The notes below the pieces were generated by a model that saw only the letters and a program-made list of their open reading frames with translations, had not been told where the DNA came from and did no database searches. A stretch of DNA of 64,000 bases from Paragordius varius (taxonomy: Eukaryota; Animalia; Nematomorpha): NCBI GenBank assembly GCA_964247055.1, contig OZ176055.1, positions 9,362,001 through 9,426,000 of the forward strand. Direction: 5' to 3'. This document shows, piece by piece, positions 60,730 to 64,000 of the stretch; position 1 is the stretch's first letter; the number at the start of each line of letters is the position of its first letter. The position numbers and the translations under genes were made by a program.

Positions 60730-63552
60730 TTATGAGGGGGGCATAATACAAGATTGACCAGAGTTAAATAGTTGAGCCGAACTATTTATCAGGAAAAAGA
60801 TGGTAAACGCTCCAATAGCTGAACCCATTTGCGTAGCAACGCCACACCAAAGTAACCATCGACCACCCAGGGTGTGGAATTCACTGGCAGAACAAACTTT
60901 GATGTAGGAAAATAAACCTTCAATCAGGATCCATACAATTATCTAAAAGTATGTAAAAATGCGAAATTTTTAATAAATATAGAGCTACAAGGAAATCAAT
61001 GGGTATTTTAAGAAATATTTAATTTCTTATAGTACCAATGCCATACTAATGTTTTACAAAATTTGTTTTATAAAAATTCTTTTTGTTAAAAATTTTAAAC
61101 TTTACACTCGGAAAAATGTATTTGGACATTTTTCGGAGCAATCTTTAAATTCTTAAATCATAATATATCTTTTATTGATTAATCCATCCATTTAAGATAA
61201 AAAGGTTTCCTCAATAATTATAAAATTAGTTTTATACTAAATATGATAAAACAATATTTTCCCCGTTAATAGATATCATTTTGTATATATTCAAAATTGT
61301 TTTAAAAAATTCAAGTATTACAGTTATAGCGCTCCCAATAAATGTACCAGCTAACCAAGGAGTAGGGCTTTTGAGCGCAATGGCAAAAATAAAGGCTGCA
61401 ATTATCGTAGCTATAATAGCTAAAGTATAATACGATTTATAGATGGAAATAGACTTTGTTAGGTGAGGAGATGTCAAATTTGCTTGTTGTCTATATTCTA
61501 TTCCAGTTGACTTGTTTTCAGATGCTGGTGTTAAAATATATGTAAAATACTTATTATAAGTTAAAAAAATTTAATGAAATTATACTTTTTCAATGTTATT
61601 TAGAAAACTAAAGAGAAAAACAGTAACTTAAAAAATAAACCATAAAAAACAAAATATCAATAGTATAAAACAATATATTTATTAAAACAAAACAACAGAT
61701 TGATTCCAAAATATCTGAGTAATTATTCATTCATTTTTTTCAGCATTAGACTGTGCTCATTGGTTAACTTTTTTTGCTTTCTTTTTTACTAAAAACCTTT
61801 GAGAAATATGCATATTGAATTCATTACCTGTATGTGTCGCAGGTGTGACAGAATCAATCGGAGTGTTTTGAGTAATTGACTTTGTTTTAATGGGCCAAAA
61901 AAAGGCTAAGAAACTAGCTATGGGATTAGCTAAACTAGCCAACGAAACCGTTAAATGAAAAGTCATGCTGCCAAAAGGCAGTGTGGCATACGATTGCAGA
62001 GATGGAATAATCCCATTTGCTAAAGCACTAATCCACACAAGTATAGCCAGCAGGATCCAGGGTGACGCGCACGATGAAAAGAATCCTCCTACAGAATATA
62101 TGAGGAGTTAATAAAGTAGTTTTATTAGAATTGAAATGTATAAAGACAAAATTGTTTTATAAAGAAAAAAAAATCTTTAATTTAGCATATATAACCTATT
62201 AATGATGATTATTCCTTAATTGGCACCCCCAAAACGATATGTTATTTTTAGTATATCAAGGGTTTAAAAGTGAATTTGTTTTCAAATAGAAAGATGTGTT
62301 TTAGTTTATATTATCTAACTTAATAATTAGGGTTGCGTTGCATGTGTTTTCGGAAGATAGATATAACAAAATGAGTTTTAACCTAAAACAGCTAAAAAAG
62401 TTTACAGCATATTTTCATGATATATATATTTATCTAGAATGTTTACAAAGGTACTGTTTAAAAAATTCTACTTAAAGACTCTGAAAGCAATATATGAAAA
62501 ATTTGTACCATTCTTTGTTATTCGTTGAGTATCTATATCCCTAATTGTTGTCACATCGTTGAGTTTTGAGGGTGACAATGTATCTTCATTCATATCAAAT
62601 TTTTTAGTGGATTGAGGCGAATGAACTTCCATAAGTCTTGTATTAGGATCTGAGTGTGTTGTAGAACTTTCAACTAAAAATAATATATTATACATTATAA
62701 ATTTTAATCAATATATATCCCTTTTGTTAAACAAAGGACAAAAATTATAAGAAAAAGATATTAACCTTGCATACTTTGATTTGGGTTGCTCGTAGAATCT
62801 TTCCGGTTACGCCTGTTAAGGATGGATGGAATATTTAAACATGTAAATGCAATCATGGATAAAGTAATGAGACACGTTATGATTATGAAAAACGTTGAAA
62901 CGGAAAAACGTGGTTTTAGCGGTTCAGGTACAAATTGATCTATGAGAGTCGAATTAATGACATCAAAAACTTGAACTTTTTGACATTTAGGAGTTCCACC
63001 GATACCCTGAATAAGTGAAAGGAAGCTTGGAATAAAACCGCTTAAACCTGAACCAATGTAATACGCTGTAATGTAAGATGATGAAAATTGTGACAAATAA
63101 GGGAGAAATACCACGTTTGATGCACAATTCGTAAGGGATAAAAAGAATACCAAAATAAGGAGTGAAGAACTGCGCACTGAACCTGCAATAAATGATTTAT
63201 TTTGCCAATAAAAGGCAACACTAATGCATGACGATATTTGTAACAAGAGAATAAAATAAATGGGCGCTAGATACAATGCGACAAAATTGGTAGAATTATT
63301 GGTTAATGCTGTATTTATGCGAGTTCTTTTTTGAATTATAATATTGTAAACCGTAAATATTATCGTAGATATGTTTCCCAATTGGATTATGATCGAAAAG
63401 AATGATGGTAATGTCCATTTTTCAGGCAGGTTATTGACAAATATCGGTAATTGTACCCATATACTATTGATTGATATCCATGAACTAAGCCCGAATAATA
63501 TAACAAATATATAATTTAATATGTCTATTTTAGGGCGAACATGCTTAGCCAT
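60730..63552 (-). CDS. SLC52A: Riboflavin transporter, SLC52A family, ~542 aa
   Basis: Exons 62766-63552, 62509-62673, 61828-62088, 61524-61322, 60730-60942 sum to 1629 nt. Motifs FGLSSWISINSIWVQLP...LPEKWTLPS, NCASNVVFLPY, YYIGSGLSG, NGIIPSLQSYATLPFG, ANPIASF, WCGVATQMGSAIGA. The track's start at 63678 is a TTG; the ATG is at 63552. Confidence 0.9.
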
Positions 63553-64000
63553 CACATGAGATACCCTTGAGAAGTATGTACAAAAGAGTTCCAAATGTTT
63601 AATTATTTTACTTGTGTGAATTGGTTTTTTTAAAAATTTTATGACTCCATTACCTTTTAGGGTGGTTTTATATCCCAAAGCAAATATAATGACTATGATT
63701 CTTTAGCAATTCTCTGCTTACAAAATCGGGGGTTGTAAAAAATAGCCTGATGAAATTTATATATTCTGCTAGAAAAATGTATTAGGATAATCAGGTGTTT
63801 TAGTTTTGGTTACGGGTTTTTGTGGTAACTGCTTCATCGAAATAGCAAAATTGGCACAATTTTGCTAAATAAATTTTTTTAGTAAAGGTAAATGCCTCCT
63901 AAAAATTTCACGATTATAATACTTTATATATAAAAAACAAAGCATATTATAATAAATTTTAATTTTTAGATGTAGTCTCTGAAAATCCCAAATTTTTTCG

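Noticed and set aside
63553-63678. 42-aa N-terminal extension of SLC52A
   Set aside because: It starts at TTG, and homology begins only after the ATG at 63552.

Overview
Very AT-rich eukaryotic, probably animal, genomic DNA; I cannot name the species. I reconstructed ten spliced or single-exon housekeeping genes by hand: the 3' part of MCM6, MANBA, TADA2B-like, FAM98, SF3B2, PSMC1 (-), MRPL41, SRRD, BZW/5MP (-) and an SLC52A riboflavin transporter (-). Mobile DNA includes an RTE-type LINE whose APE-RT-PHD ORF is split by a 396-bp MITE, a decayed mariner transposase, a tRNA-like element and several MITE families. The main unexpected signal is intron architecture. About 22 introns are only 21-33 nt, and in all seven genes that have them they are the 5'-most introns, within about 650 nt of the ATG. 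Nearly all later introns are about 190-1300 nt and are often filled with MITEs or tandem duplications. This reverses the usual long-first-intron rule. Other notable points: only 42 nt separate the divergent start codons of PSMC1 and MRPL41, tandem duplications repeatedly span splice donors, and the LINE 5' end carries an antisense 3'-end-like stem-loop. All gene models come from manual splice and frame reconstruction plus recalled family motifs; no database search was run.
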